This document shows, one piece after another, positions 19,155-29,870 of a stretch of 64,000 bases of DNA. The stretch's first letter is position 1; each line of letters opens with the position of its first letter. The notes under the pieces are model-generated. The model did not search any database. It was not told the origin of the DNA and saw nothing but the letters and a program-made list of their open reading frames with translations. A program made the translations under genes and the position numbers. Origin of the DNA: Flavobacterium sp. Lineage in GTDB: Bacteria > Bacteroidota > Bacteroidia > Flavobacteriales > Flavobacteriaceae. The DNA is taken from NCBI GenBank assembly GCA_044378345.1, contig JBILXS010000010.1, positions 29,670 to 93,669 of the forward strand, written 5' to 3'.

Positions 19155-19257
19155 AGGAGCTTTTTCCCGCTATTCGCTATATCTTTTTTGCTTGTCAGTC
19201 CGAGCGCAGTCGAGAAGCTTCAACAAGCAAAAAAGGATGCCGCTGCTATCGGGGCTA
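19155..19257 (-). repeat. Palindromic intergenic element, family A, with a nested REP-like half site
   Basis: Reverse of tagccccgatagcagcggcatcc-[ttttttgcttg...caagcaaaaaa]-gatatagcgaatagcggg; loop holds gtcagtccgagcgcagtcgagaagc. Confidence 0.8.
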
Positions 19258-19361
19258 CGAAATCGTTGTAATAGCGAAAAATAGGATGCAAGCATATTAT
19301 ATAATTCAAATTAATATTATAATTTTGCGCTATCTTTTTTTAAACAAACAATCATTTAGAT

Positions 19362-20108
19362 ATGAAAATATTAGTTTGCATCAGTCATGTACCTGATACT
19401 ACTTCAAAGATCAATTTTATCAATAGCGACTCTGAATTTGATACCAACGGTGTTCAATTTGTGATCAATCCCAATGACGAATTCGGATTGACCCGCGCGA
19501 TTTGGTTTCAAGAGCAACAGGGTGCGAATGTTACTGTCGTAAATGTTGGCGGTCCAGACACAGAGCCGACTTTAAGAAAAGCACTAGCAATCGGAGCTAA
19601 CGAAGCGATTCGCGTCAATGCCAATCCAACCGACGGATTTTTTGTAGCGAAACAATTGGCAGAAGTTATCAAAAATGGCGGCTATGACTTGGTTATTGCC
19701 GGAAAAGAATCTTTAGATTACAATGGTGGAATGGTGCCCGGAATGGTTGCTGGATTGTTGGGTTACAACTTCGTAAATTCTTGTATCGAATTGACTATTG
19801 ACGGAACTTCCGTGAAAGCGTCAAGAGAAATTGACGGTGGAAAAGAAATCGTATCGACTTCATTACCTTTAATTATTGGAGGACAAAAAGGATTGGTAGA
19901 AGAGAAAGATTTGAGAATACCAAATATGCGTGGCATTATGACTGCGAGAACGAAAGTTTTAACTATTTTAGAACCTGTGGCCGCAAATGTTGAGACTAAG
20001 GCGGTGAAATTTGATAAACCAGCGCCAAAATCTGCTGTGAAATTGTTCTCGGCAGACGATTTAGATGGCTTGATTAACGCATTGCACAACGAAGCAAAAG
20101 TCATCTAG
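19362..20108 (+). CDS. etfB: Electron transfer flavoprotein beta subunit
   Basis: MKILVCISHVPDT, NPNDEF, LRIPNMRGIM. Confidence 0.95.
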   Translation: MKILVCISHVPDTTSKINFINSDSEFDTNGVQFVINPNDEFGLTRAIWFQEQQGANVTVVNVGGPDTEPTLRKALAIGANEAIRVNANPTDGFFVAKQLAEVIKNGGYDLVIAGKESLDYNGGMVPGMVAGLLGYNFVNSCIELTIDGTSVKASREIDGGKEIVSTSLPLIIGGQKGLVEEKDLRIPNMRGIMTARTKVLTILEPVAANVETKAVKFDKPAPKSAVKLFSADDLDGLINALHNEAKVI

Positions 20109-20120
20109 TTGTGCAGGTTC

Positions 20121-20182
20121 GCGTGAGGGATTGCAGCAAGTATCGCGTACTGCGAAAAGCCCGACCCGCAGGGACACGCCCA
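20121..20182 (-). repeat. Palindromic intergenic element, family B
   Basis: Reverse of gggcgtgtccctgcgggtcgggct...ctgcaatccctcacgc; matches 50283..50369. Confidence 0.75.
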
Positions 20183-20218
20183 TACAAATGAACGATTAAA
20201 CAAATAAACATTAAAAAA

Positions 20219-21184
20219 ATGTCGATATTAATATACGCAGAATCTGCAGACGGAAAATTTAAGAAAGTAGCTTTTGAATTGGCGTCCTACGCTAAGAAAG
20301 TGGCCACCGATATGGGAACAACGGTTACCGCTGTTTCGGTTAACGCTGGTGATGTTTCAGAATTGTCAAAATATGGCGTTGATAAAGTATTAAAAATCAG
20401 CAACGACAAACTCAATGGCTTTACGGCAAAAGCGTATGCATCGGTAATTCGGCAAGCGGCTCAGAAAGAAAACGCTCAATTAGTATTGCTGTCTTCTACT
20501 ACCGACAGCCTCTACTTGGCACCTTTAGTAGCAGTTGCATTGAACGCCGGTTTCGCGTCGAACGTCGTTGGTTTACCAGTTAGTGTGTCGCCATTTCAAG
20601 TAAAAAGAACCGCATTTTCAAATAAAGCATTCAATATTACGGAGATCAATACGGAAGTGAAAGTACTTGGTTTGGCAAAAAACTCCTATGGGATTTTTGA
20701 AAATGGGTCTTCCATGTCGCAGGAAGATTTTACTCCCTCGATGGATGATGCTGATTTTGGCGTTAAAGTACAATCGGTTGAAAAATCATCTGGAAAAGTA
20801 ACAATTGCTGATGCTGATATTGTAGTTTCTGCCGGTCGTGGAATGAAAGGTCCTGAGAACTGGGGAATGATCGAAGAATTAGCCGCAACTTTGGGCGCTG
20901 CAACTGCTTGTTCAAAACCAGTATCTGATTTGGGTTGGAGACCTCACGGTGAACATGTGGGCCAAACAGGAAAACCGGTAGCAACGAATTTGTATATTGC
21001 AGTTGGTATTTCTGGAGCGATTCAACATATCGCCGGAATCAACTCTTCAAAGGTAAAAGTGGTAATCAATACCGATGCGGAAGCACCATTTTTTAAGGTT
21101 GCAGACTATGGTGTGGTTGGAGATGCTTTTGAAATTGTTCCGAAATTGATTGAAAAATTTAAAGCGTTTAAAGCTCAAAACTAA
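20219..21184 (+). CDS. etfA: Electron transfer flavoprotein alpha subunit
   Basis: VGQTGK, GISGAIQH, INTDAEAPFF. Confidence 0.96.
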   Translation: MSILIYAESADGKFKKVAFELASYAKKVATDMGTTVTAVSVNAGDVSELSKYGVDKVLKISNDKLNGFTAKAYASVIRQAAQKENAQLVLLSSTTDSLYLAPLVAVALNAGFASNVVGLPVSVSPFQVKRTAFSNKAFNITEINTEVKVLGLAKNSYGIFENGSSMSQEDFTPSMDDADFGVKVQSVEKSSGKVTIADADIVVSAGRGMKGPENWGMIEELAATLGAATACSKPVSDLGWRPHGEHVGQTGKPVATNLYIAVGISGAIQHIAGINSSKVKVVINTDAEAPFFKVADYGVVGDAFEIVPKLIEKFKAFKAQN

Positions 21185-21307
21185 TATTTTACTTAAATTG
21201 TGCCTATCAAAGGCTATCTAAATGGAGATTGTTTAGATAGCCTTTTTTTTGAACTGAATTGAAAAATATCTTGGTGTTTTGTAACAATTCGTTGTACTTT
21301 TGCAATT

Positions 21308-21934
21308 ATGAGCTTAGTAAAATTAACAATAAAAGGGATTTCATACAGTCAAACTCAAAACGGTGCGTACGCTTTAATCCTCAACGAATTAGATGGCGAG
21401 CGCAAATTGCCAATTGTTATTGGAGCTTTCGAAGCACAGTCAATCGCTATTGCTTTAGAAAAAGAAATTAAACCACCACGTCCGTTGACCCATGATTTGT
21501 TTAAGAACTTTGCAGAGCGATTTGATATTGTTGTAAAGCAAGTCATCATACACAAATTAGTAGACGGTGTATTTTATTCCAGTATTATTTGCGAAAGAGA
21601 TAAAATTGAAGAAATTATCGATGCGAGAACCTCTGACGCGATCGCTTTGGCATTGCGTTTTTCTGCGCCCATTTTCACCTACAAAAATATACTTGACAAA
21701 GCTGGAATTTATTTGAAAGGCAGTAATTTGGAGGCGGCAAATGAGGAAGAAGGATTGGACGGTATACTTTCGACCCCGGACACCTTTGGAATGGAAGAAA
21801 GCAATCAGTCTGGTGAAACTTACAGCAAACAAAGTATGTCAGAGCTGTATGAACTTTTGGAAGGCGCGGTCCGTGATGAAGATTATGAAAAAGCCGCGAA
21901 AATAAGAGACGAGATTTCGAAACGAGAAGCGTAA
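21308..21934 (+). CDS. Bifunctional nuclease family protein (DUF151) with C-terminal UVR coiled coil
   Basis: LPIVIGAFEA, RPLTHDL, DARTSDAIALA, EDYEKAAKIRD. Confidence 0.92.
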   Translation: MSLVKLTIKGISYSQTQNGAYALILNELDGERKLPIVIGAFEAQSIAIALEKEIKPPRPLTHDLFKNFAERFDIVVKQVIIHKLVDGVFYSSIICERDKIEEIIDARTSDAIALALRFSAPIFTYKNILDKAGIYLKGSNLEAANEEEGLDGILSTPDTFGMEESNQSGETYSKQSMSELYELLEGAVRDEDYEKAAKIRDEISKREA

Positions 21935-21940
21935 AAGGGA

Positions 21941-21975
21941 TTTAGGGTCACAGGCGCAAGGTGCAAGGTTCAAAG
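21941..21975. repeat. Degenerate nnnAAGG heptamer array, upstream arm of second four-helix-bundle cassette
   Basis: tttaggg tcacagg cgcaagg tgcaagg ttcaaag. Confidence 0.65.
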
Positions 21976-22032
21976 TAATAAATAAGTAGATTACTTTTTT
22001 TTGATTATAAGCCAATATTTTAAATACAAGCC

Positions 22033-22391
22033 ATGAGAAATTTTAAAGAACTTGAAGTCTAGAAAGAAGGTAGAATTCTTTCAAAAAACATCTATCTACT
22101 TACGAAAACGTTACCAGATGATGAGAAATTTGGATTAATCTCACAAATTAAAAGATGTGTAATTTCAATTCCCGCCAATATAGCTGAAGGTGCTGCTAAA
22201 AATTCACAGAAGGATTTTGTTCGGTTTCGTCAAATCAGTTTAGGATCTTGCTTTGAATTAGAAAGGCATCTAATTTTATGCTGGATCTAGAAATAATAAA
22301 TAATTCGGAAACAATAGGAAATCTAGAGAATATTCAACAATTGCAAAAGAAAATTTATTCTTTAATAAAATACGTCAGCACAAAAATCTAA
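22033..22391 (+). pseudogene. Four helix bundle protein pseudogene
   Basis: Manual translation MRNFKELEV*KEG...EKFGLISQIKRCVISIPANIAEG...SLGSCFELE; TAG at 22060 (conserved W expected) and a 1-nt frameshift near 22283; C-terminus DLEII...QKKIYSLIKYVSTKI* in the shifted frame. Confidence 0.88.
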
Positions 22392-22428
22392 AACCCTATA
22401 CCTTTCACCTTAGAACTTTTACCATAAG
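22386..22428. repeat. Degenerate CCTTnnn heptamer array, downstream arm, just before thyA start
   Basis: ccctata cctttca ccttaga actttta ccataag; complementary in sense to 21941..21975. Confidence 0.6.
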
Positions 22429-22430
22429 CT

Positions 22431-23255
22431 ATGAAACAATACCACGACTTAGTAAAACACGTACTACAAAACGGCACTCAAAAAGGAGACCGAACAGGAA
22501 CAGGAACTAAAAGCGTTTTCGGTTATCAAATGCGTTTTGATTTGAGCGAAGGTTTTCCCATGGTAACTACGAAAAAACTGCACCTCAAGTCGATTGTTTA
22601 TGAATTGCTTTGGTTCTTAAAAGGCGAAACCAATATTGGCTACTTGAATGAAAACGGCGTTAAAATTTGGGATGAATGGGCCGATGCAGACGGGAATTTA
22701 GGTCCCGTTTACGGTCACCAATGGCGCAACTGGAACAGTGAAAATATCGATCAGATTTCGGAATTAATCGAAACTTTAAAAACAAATCCGAACAGTCGCC
22801 GCATGTTGATTTCTGCTTGGAATCCATCGGTGTTACCAGATACTTCTAAATCTTTTGCAGAAAATGTAGCCAATGGAAAAGTCGCTTTACCGCCCTGTCA
22901 TGCTTTTTTCCAATTTTATGTAGCCGACGGAAAATTATCTTGTCAACTGTACCAGCGGTCGGCTGATATCTTTTTAGGGGTTCCGTTCAATATCGCTTCG
23001 TACGCACTTTTGGTATTGATGATTGCACAAGTTTGCGATTTACAGCCGGGTGAATTCATCCATACTTTTGGTGATGCACATATTTATAATAATCATTTTG
23101 AACAATTAGAATTGCAATTGTCTCGTGACCCGAAACCATTGCCAAAAATGATTTTGAATCCAGCAGTAAAAAACATCTTCGACTTTACTTTTGAAGATTT
23201 TACGTTGGAAGGCTATGAACCGCATCCACATATTAAAGGTGTGGTGGCGGTTTAA
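22431..23255 (+). CDS. thyA: Thymidylate synthase
   Basis: DRTGTGT, GPVYG.QWR, ALPPCH, YQRSAD.FLGVPFN. Confidence 0.98.
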   Translation: MKQYHDLVKHVLQNGTQKGDRTGTGTKSVFGYQMRFDLSEGFPMVTTKKLHLKSIVYELLWFLKGETNIGYLNENGVKIWDEWADADGNLGPVYGHQWRNWNSENIDQISELIETLKTNPNSRRMLISAWNPSVLPDTSKSFAENVANGKVALPPCHAFFQFYVADGKLSCQLYQRSADIFLGVPFNIASYALLVLMIAQVCDLQPGEFIHTFGDAHIYNNHFEQLELQLSRDPKPLPKMILNPAVKNIFDFTFEDFTLEGYEPHPHIKGVVAV

Positions 23256-23413
23256 ATATTAAATCTATTTAACATTCTAGGCCTCTGATTCTATTAAAAC
23301 AACGGAAACTTATCCTTGTTTTTTTGATTCAAAATTTATGTGCTCCATGTAACAAATTATATTGTTTTTGCACTAAGATTTTGTACCAAAAAACTACGTG
23401 ACCACCTTATCGT

Positions 23414-24229
23414 ATGGAATCTGTAAAAAAATATATACCATCTCATCCGCTTCTTAGACAAAAAATAGCCGCGATTGTTTTTTGGAGGCGATCGGCGGAT
23501 GAAATTACCTCTAGTGTATTTTTACCCAATAATATCTGTGGATTTGGTTTTACTTTGTCGGGAGATTTACTCGTAAAGAATACTTCCGACTTCCAAATAA
23601 TGCCACAATATGGAACTCGAAATACCTTAAATAAACCCAGCGAGATTAAAACTCAAGGCGATTTTTTCAATGTATCTCTTCGACTGGTGATTCCTAATGG
23701 TTTGTCGTTGTTTACGAAAATCCCTATGGATAGAATTTACGAGGAAGATGCCATTTCACTTACCGATATTTTCAAGCCTTTTGAAATAGTACTTCTAGCA
23801 GAAAAACTGGCTGAAGCAAAAACCGATGAGCACCGAGTGGCCTTGCTTGAAAACTTTTTGCTTACCAAAATAAACTGCAGCACTCCTACAGTTTTTGAAT
23901 TCATCATTGAAGCAATTCATCTCGCCAATGGTTTTATTAGCGTTCAACAACTTGCAAAACAGTTTGTCCTTTCTGAACGAACGATTCATCGCTATTTTAA
24001 CAAATATATTGGTGTAAATCCCAACGAATACATTAATCTTATTCGTTTTAGATCGGTCATTACATTAACGCAAAATTCAAGTGAGTCTCTTTTGAATCAT
24101 GCGCTTGATGTTGGATATTATGATCAATCGCATTTTATCAAGCATTTCAAGGAATTTAGTACCGTTACGCCCAAACAGTTTTTTGCAGTAAAAAATTCTA
24201 ATAGTCTGTCCGATTTTTACAATATATGA
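23414..24229 (+). CDS. AraC-family transcriptional regulator
   Basis: C-terminal LSERTIHRYF..YIGV.P and GYYDQSHFIKHFKEF..TP. Confidence 0.9.
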   Translation: MESVKKYIPSHPLLRQKIAAIVFWRRSADEITSSVFLPNNICGFGFTLSGDLLVKNTSDFQIMPQYGTRNTLNKPSEIKTQGDFFNVSLRLVIPNGLSLFTKIPMDRIYEEDAISLTDIFKPFEIVLLAEKLAEAKTDEHRVALLENFLLTKINCSTPTVFEFIIEAIHLANGFISVQQLAKQFVLSERTIHRYFNKYIGVNPNEYINLIRFRSVITLTQNSSESLLNHALDVGYYDQSHFIKHFKEFSTVTPKQFFAVKNSNSLSDFYNI

Positions 24230-24284
24230 TGTGTCCGAATCTCTTTTTTTGAATAAAATTAAATTTATTAAAAATTGAAACGTT

Positions 24285-25618
24285 ATGGTTAAATTTATCT
24301 TTTCATTTACCTTATTTCTTTACTGCATATTCGCTTTCGGACAATACAATTGGTCAAATTTAGATTCCGCTCCATACAATGGCGGCAAGCAAGACGGTAT
24401 CTACTTTATTAATAAAGAAATAGGATGGGTTGTTAATGGTTCCGGTAGAATTTACAAAACAACCGATGGTGGAGAAACATGGATTCAGCAAAGAAATTCT
24501 CCGGGGACCTATTTTAGAAGTGTTGCTTTTGTTAATGAACAAATCGGATTTGCGGGAAATATCGGACCAAATTATTTTCCTGGTGTTACTGATACAAACC
24601 CACTTTACAAAACTATTGATGGCGGAAATAGTTGGGCTTCCGTTACGCCAAATATATCTGGAGTAATTCCAACTGGGATTTGCGCTATTCAAGTGGTTAA
24701 TGCAAACGTAATTTACGCAGCTGGCAGAGTCGGAACTCCAACCGTTATTATGAAAAGTACCGACGGAGGAAATAATTGGGTTGGAACCGATCTTTCAAGT
24801 CAATGCAAAATGATACTTGACATTTATTTCCAAACACCAGAAATCGGATATGTTTTTGCTGGAACCAATGCAAACATTGCAACTTCAAAAGCACGAATTC
24901 TAAGAACTACAGACGGTGGCACCACTTGGACTAATGTGTTTACCTCAACCAGAAACTATGAAATCTTTTGGAAAGCATCCTTTCCTTCAGAAAATGTAGG
25001 ATTTGCAACAATCCAAAGTTATAATAGCGCAACAACGCAACGATTTATTGTAAAAACTTCCGATGGCGGCCAGACTTGGACAGAACTTCCACTTGCAAAT
25101 TCAGGGGTTCGCGAATTTGGAATCGGCTTTATCAACGAAAATGTTGGCTGGGTTGGCGGAGAAAACAACGGCTACGAAACCTTAGATGGTGGCTTATCTT
25201 GGACCAGTAAAGATATTGGACAATACGCCAACAAAATGAGCGTCGTTTCGAATACCGATGGAAGTAAAACTTGCTATGCAGTTGGTTTAAATGTATACAA
25301 AATGGAAACGTCCAATTTATCAACAACAACAACAGTACTTCAAAAAAAAAAAATAACCCTTTGATGTATCCAAATCCAGCAACATCTGGCGGATTGGTAT
25401 CTATTGCTTTAGACGAAATAAAAGCAAAAATCAAAAAAGCAGAACTGATCGGAATTGATGGGAAATCAACGGAAATTTTATTCAACAATTACTTTGAAGG
25501 AACAAGAGAATCTCCATTCATGTTTTACCTACCTTCAGTTGCTGTGGGCGAATATATTGTAAAATTTACAGATGAAAAAAATGCTGTTTATCGCCAAAAG
25601 ATTCTAATAACGAAATAA
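24285..25618 (+). CDS. YCF48/BNR-repeat beta-propeller with T9SS C-terminal domain, split by a frameshift at A12 (25342-25353)
   Basis: Repeated KTTDGG.TW motifs in ORF 24285..25364; CTD MYPNPAT...GEYIVK...KILITK in ORF 25271..25618; A13 or A10 would join the two frames. Confidence 0.8.
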
Positions 25619-25635
25619 AAAACATCATAAAAAAC

Positions 25636-25668
25636 AAAAAACCTCAAACTTTAATTTGAGGTTTTTTT
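25636..25668. terminator. Bidirectional terminator between the T9SS gene and tRNA-Gly
   Basis: aaaaaacctcaaa...tttgaggtttttt. Confidence 0.75.
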
Positions 25669-25671
25669 CTG

Positions 25672-25744
<73 letters not shown>

Positions 25745-25939
25745 ATTTATATCACAAAGCGCTCATTATCTTATACTGATAACTGCCTCTTTGTTTTTGG
25801 TGGTGCAAATATAAATAATAACTTTATGCTTTTGCAAGTTTTTTTAATAAAATTCTCTTTTTATTTGTTCTTATTTAAGTTTAAATTCACAACGTTTTTA
25901 AAATTACATGGTTACCAGATTAAGTACCCTAATTTCTCC

Positions 25940-26389
25940 ATGATTAAAATAAGCGAAATAACAGCCGAGCAAACTTATCCGATTCGACACACTGTCTTGC
26001 GTCAGAATGAGCCTTTAGAAAAATGTATTTATCCTTTTGATACGGATGACTCAACGTTACATTTCGGTCTATTTGAGAGCGATTTACTCGTCGGAATTAT
26101 TTCTATTTTCGAGACTAAAAAAGAACTATTTGTAGATGACAAACAATATCAAATTCGAGGTATGGCGGTTTTAGAAAATCATCAAAAAAAAGGGTATGGT
26201 GGTGCTCTTGTCAGGCATGCCGTTTCACAGCTCCAAAAAGAAAAGAACTTTCTTATTTGGTTCAATGCAAGAATTATTGCCGTCGGATTCTATGAAAAAC
26301 TTAACTTTGAAAAAATCGGAGATTTATTTGAAATAGTCCCCATCGGAGACCATTACGTCATGTTCAAAAGATATCGCGAACGGCACTGA
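25940..26389 (+). CDS. GNAT family N-acetyltransferase
   Basis: TYPIRHTVLR, QIRGMAV...QKKGYG, WFNAR..AVGFY; start moved to ATG 25940. Confidence 0.88.
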   Translation: MIKISEITAEQTYPIRHTVLRQNEPLEKCIYPFDTDDSTLHFGLFESDLLVGIISIFETKKELFVDDKQYQIRGMAVLENHQKKGYGGALVRHAVSQLQKEKNFLIWFNARIIAVGFYEKLNFEKIGDLFEIVPIGDHYVMFKRYRERH

Positions 26390-27094
26390 CTAGGAAACTT
26401 TGCTGTCTCCCAAAATTGTTCGCGAAGGGTGATAAATAAACAAACACGATTTATTCTTGATAATCTCAATTATTTGAGGCGTCAATTCCGCAGGCACAGC
26501 CGGACATCCTTGACTCCTTCCTAATCGTTTATTACCTTTTATAAAACTTGCAGAAACATAATCTGCCGCGTGCATCACAATGCCACGCGCTCTCGCATTG
26601 TCATTGATGCCTTTTTCTACGCCGTCTAGTTTCAAAGACATCCCGTGTTTACCGTTATAAACTTCTGCAGTTACATAGAATCCGAGACTGCTTTTTAAAG
26701 ATGAATTTTGATTTGAAAAAGATCTTGCAAATTCTTCGCCCGTATTCTTACCATGCGCTACGTATGTGTTTGTCAAAACAGTACGAGTAGCCATATCAAT
26801 AATCCATAACCTTTTAGTATTAGATGACAAGCTGAAATCGATTATAGTCAAAACGTCCTTGTCTAAAAGCCCCTGATCTTTTAACTGATAAAATCCCACA
26901 ATAGCTTCTGTAAAAGAATCGCGGGTTGGTAAAGAAAATTGATTGCAGTTCAATTGACGGTATAGAGATTCAACCTCTAGTTCTTCAATAGCTTTGTTAT
27001 CGGCAGAAATTCTGGTGGAAAATATATCTATTCTATTTATGGTCGTAAACGAAAATAAAAAGAATAAAACAAATGGCAATAATCTGTATTTCAT
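26390..27094 (-). CDS. Murein L,D-transpeptidase catalytic domain family protein (YkuD_2)
   Basis: HGKNTG, KSSLGFY, IVMHAA, LGRSQGCPA. Confidence 0.9.
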   Translation of the reverse strand: MKYRLLPFVLFFLFSFTTINRIDIFSTRISADNKAIEELEVESLYRQLNCNQFSLPTRDSFTEAIVGFYQLKDQGLLDKDVLTIIDFSLSSNTKRLWIIDMATRTVLTNTYVAHGKNTGEEFARSFSNQNSSLKSSLGFYVTAEVYNGKHGMSLKLDGVEKGINDNARARGIVMHAADYVSASFIKGNKRLGRSQGCPAVPAELTPQIIEIIKNKSCLFIYHPSRTILGDSKVS

Positions 27095-27351
27095 TGTAAT
27101 CGCTTAAGTTAATGTATAGACTCGGGATGGCAAATGTAAATAAGTGAATTCGCTACACCAACTTTTTTTTCATAAAAATGCGTTAAAAGGCAAAAAAAAT
27201 CGACAAAATGCATATTATGCCTTTTCAAGTATATAAACGATGAATAACAAAACAGCAGAAATGGACCAATGAACAAAAACTCAAAATATTATAAAGAACT
27301 TGTGTTAATGAATTTATTAGTTATTTTTGTTTGACCAACCTACCGCCACAC

Positions 27352-29760
27352 ATGAGTAAATTTTCTTGCTTTTTACTTTTTATCCACCTTTTTTTTTGTG
27401 TGAATTTCTACAGTCAAAAGAAAGTCCTTAATGCAGTAGCTTCTGGAAATATTACAATTGACGGAAAATTTGAAGAGGCCATTTGGGAATATGCCCCAAT
27501 TGCTACAGACTTTGTTATGTTCTTTCCAGACAATGGCAAACCCATAAGTGAAAATAAAAAGACAGAGGTGCAAATTGCCTACAACGACGACGCTATCTAC
27601 ATTGCAGCAAAAATGTATGATGACGAACCAAACAAAATACTGCGCGAAATAAAACTCAGGGATAATTTCGGAACAGCAGATCACTTTGGGATATTTATCA
27701 ACGGTTTTAATGACAGTCAGCAAGATTTTCGCTTTTTTGTGAGTGCAGCTGGAGTTCAACTAGATTGTATCTTCACCAATAAAGACGGTGAAGATTTTAC
27801 TTGGGACGCCATTTGGGATAGTAAAGTAGTTTCCACAGACTACGGTTGGGCTGCCGAATTAAAAATTCCTTATGCTGCATTGCGATTTTCAAAAGCAGAA
27901 AAACAAACTTGGGGTGTCAATTTTTATCGTGAAATAAGAAGAGACCGACAATCCTACACATGGAATTTTATTGACAGCAAAATTGATAACGAAAGTGCAC
28001 AATCTGGACTCTTACAAGGAATAGACAACGTCAAAACACCAACCCGACTATTCCTTATTCCCTATTCTTCTTTTTATTTAAATAGCAATAGAGTTCAAAA
28101 AACACGGGGAGAATTCAAAGGTGGTCTGGATATAAAATACGGAATTTCCGACGCTTTTACTTTAGATGCTATTTTAGTTCCTGACTTTGGACAAACAAAG
28201 TTTGACAACGTCGAATTGTATTTGGGTCCATTTGAACAACAATTCAACGAAAACCGTCCATTCTTTACAGAAGGAACAGATGTTTTTAATATTGGAGATT
28301 TGGTTTACTCAAGAAGAATTGGGGAAGTAAGTAAAATCAATACTGGTGAAAACGAAGAAGTGGCAGCATATCCGAACGCTATTCAACTGATCAATGCACT
28401 TAAAATTTCTGGCAGAACCAAAAAAGGTCTTGGAATTGGAGTCTTGAACGCTGTCACGGAAAACACTAGTGTTCAAATAAAAAACACTGAAACCAATGCT
28501 GCTCGTTCTGAAACATTGCAACCATTGGCAAACTATAACGTGTTGGTGCTTGACCAACGTTTTAGAAAAAATTCAAGCGTTTCCCTAATCAACACAAACG
28601 TAACTCGAAATGGTTCTTTCCGCGATGCGAACGTAACTGCTGGTGTTTTCGACCTCAACACTAAAGAAAATACCTTCAATCTGAAAGGCGATTTCAAATA
28701 CAGCTTTATCAATGATAGCTTTACCTTAGAAAACAAAAAAGGATACAACACCTCATTGCTTTTTGCAGAAACAAGTGGCAAATACCGCTACAAAGTAAGC
28801 GGACAATATATCTCCGACGACTATGATATCAATGATTTAGGAATCAACTTCCGAACACACTATCATGCAATAAATGGAGAAGCCAGTTACAGAATTATCA
28901 ATCCAACGAAACGATTTAATTCGTTCAACATGCTTCTAAATACCGACTCAGAATTCGAAAACAGAACGGGAAGAGTACAGTCTTTCAACACCAATCTTAG
29001 CATAAATCTCACTGATAAATTGAATGACTACTATGGTGCTGGGACAACAGTCAGACCAGTAAAAGTATATGATTTCTATGAAGCACTTTCGCCCGAAGAC
29101 ACCGAATATCTCACGATACCGGAAAATATCGACTTTTGGTTTTTCTTTTCTTCCAATTATAACAGACCATTTGCACTCGATATCAATCCTACCCTTTCTT
29201 TTTTTAACGAAAACAAACGAATAAAGTACGGCTTTTTTGTCAGCCCACGGTACCGATTCAACGACAGACTTTCTCTAATTTACGAATTCGACTTTTCGCG
29301 ATTAAACAACAACATCGGAAATACTTTCGAAACAGAAGGCGACAATTTTGTATTTGCGCGACGAAACATTATTACCTATACCAACAAATTAGAAGGTAAA
29401 TATTCGGTAAACAACACCATGAACATCAATCTTTCCGCCCGTCATTATTGGTCTTATGTAACCAATCATGAATTTCTAAACCTGCAGACTAACGGCAGTG
29501 TAAAAACAAATACCACATTTACTGACAACTTAAACCAAAATCTTAATATCTGGAATTTCGACCTATCCTACAATTGGTGGTTCGCGCCAGGAAGTCAAGT
29601 TACCGTCCTTTACCGAAATAACACCTCCCTTTTTGAAAGACAGTTCAGACGCAACATCGAAAGAAATTTTCTTAATGCCGTCGATAACGAAAACCTGAAT
29701 CACATCTTCTCCATCAGTTTGCGCTATTTTATCGATTACAATTCCTTGAAAAAGAAGTAA
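27352..29760 (+). CDS. DUF5916 / CBM9-like domain outer-membrane protein
   Basis: IDGKFEEAIW, YDDEP, GWAAELKIPY.ALRF, PDFGQ, ENRPFF.EG; start moved to ATG 27352. Confidence 0.82.
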   Translation: MSKFSCFLLFIHLFFCVNFYSQKKVLNAVASGNITIDGKFEEAIWEYAPIATDFVMFFPDNGKPISENKKTEVQIAYNDDAIYIAAKMYDDEPNKILREIKLRDNFGTADHFGIFINGFNDSQQDFRFFVSAAGVQLDCIFTNKDGEDFTWDAIWDSKVVSTDYGWAAELKIPYAALRFSKAEKQTWGVNFYREIRRDRQSYTWNFIDSKIDNESAQSGLLQGIDNVKTPTRLFLIPYSSFYLNSNRVQKTRGEFKGGLDIKYGISDAFTLDAILVPDFGQTKFDNVELYLGPFEQQFNENRPFFTEGTDVFNIGDLVYSRRIGEVSKINTGENEEVAAYPNAIQLINALKISGRTKKGLGIGVLNAVTENTSVQIKNTETNAARSETLQPLANYNVLVLDQRFRKNSSVSLINTNVTRNGSFRDANVTAGVFDLNTKENTFNLKGDFKYSFINDSFTLENKKGYNTSLLFAETSGKYRYKVSGQYISDDYDINDLGINFRTHYHAINGEASYRIINPTKRFNSFNMLLNTDSEFENRTGRVQSFNTNLSINLTDKLNDYYGAGTTVRPVKVYDFYEALSPEDTEYLTIPENIDFWFFFSSNYNRPFALDINPTLSFFNENKRIKYGFFVSPRYRFNDRLSLIYEFDFSRLNNNIGNTFETEGDNFVFARRNIITYTNKLEGKYSVNNTMNINLSARHYWSYVTNHEFLNLQTNGSVKTNTTFTDNLNQNLNIWNFDLSYNWWFAPGSQVTVLYRNNTSLFERQFRRNIERNFLNAVDNENLNHIFSISLRYFIDYNSLKKK

Positions 29761-29775
29761 TATTAATTACTTTTG

Positions 29776-29860
29776 TAGCTATTTCCTGCTCTGCGCTATA
29801 TCTTTTTATTCTGAAAAAAGTTCAGAATAAAAAGGATGCCGCTTCCATCAGGGCTAGGGC
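29776..29860 (-). repeat. Palindromic intergenic element, family A
   Basis: Reverse of gccctagccctgatggaagcggcatcc-[tttttattctgaa..ttcagaataaaaa]-gatatagcgcagagcaggaaatagcta. Confidence 0.85.
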
Positions 29861-29870
29861 ATCGCAGTTC

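Noticed and set aside
25271-25618. Stand-alone 115-aa gene
   Set aside because: It is the out-of-frame T9SS CTD of the upstream propeller gene; no signal peptide of its own
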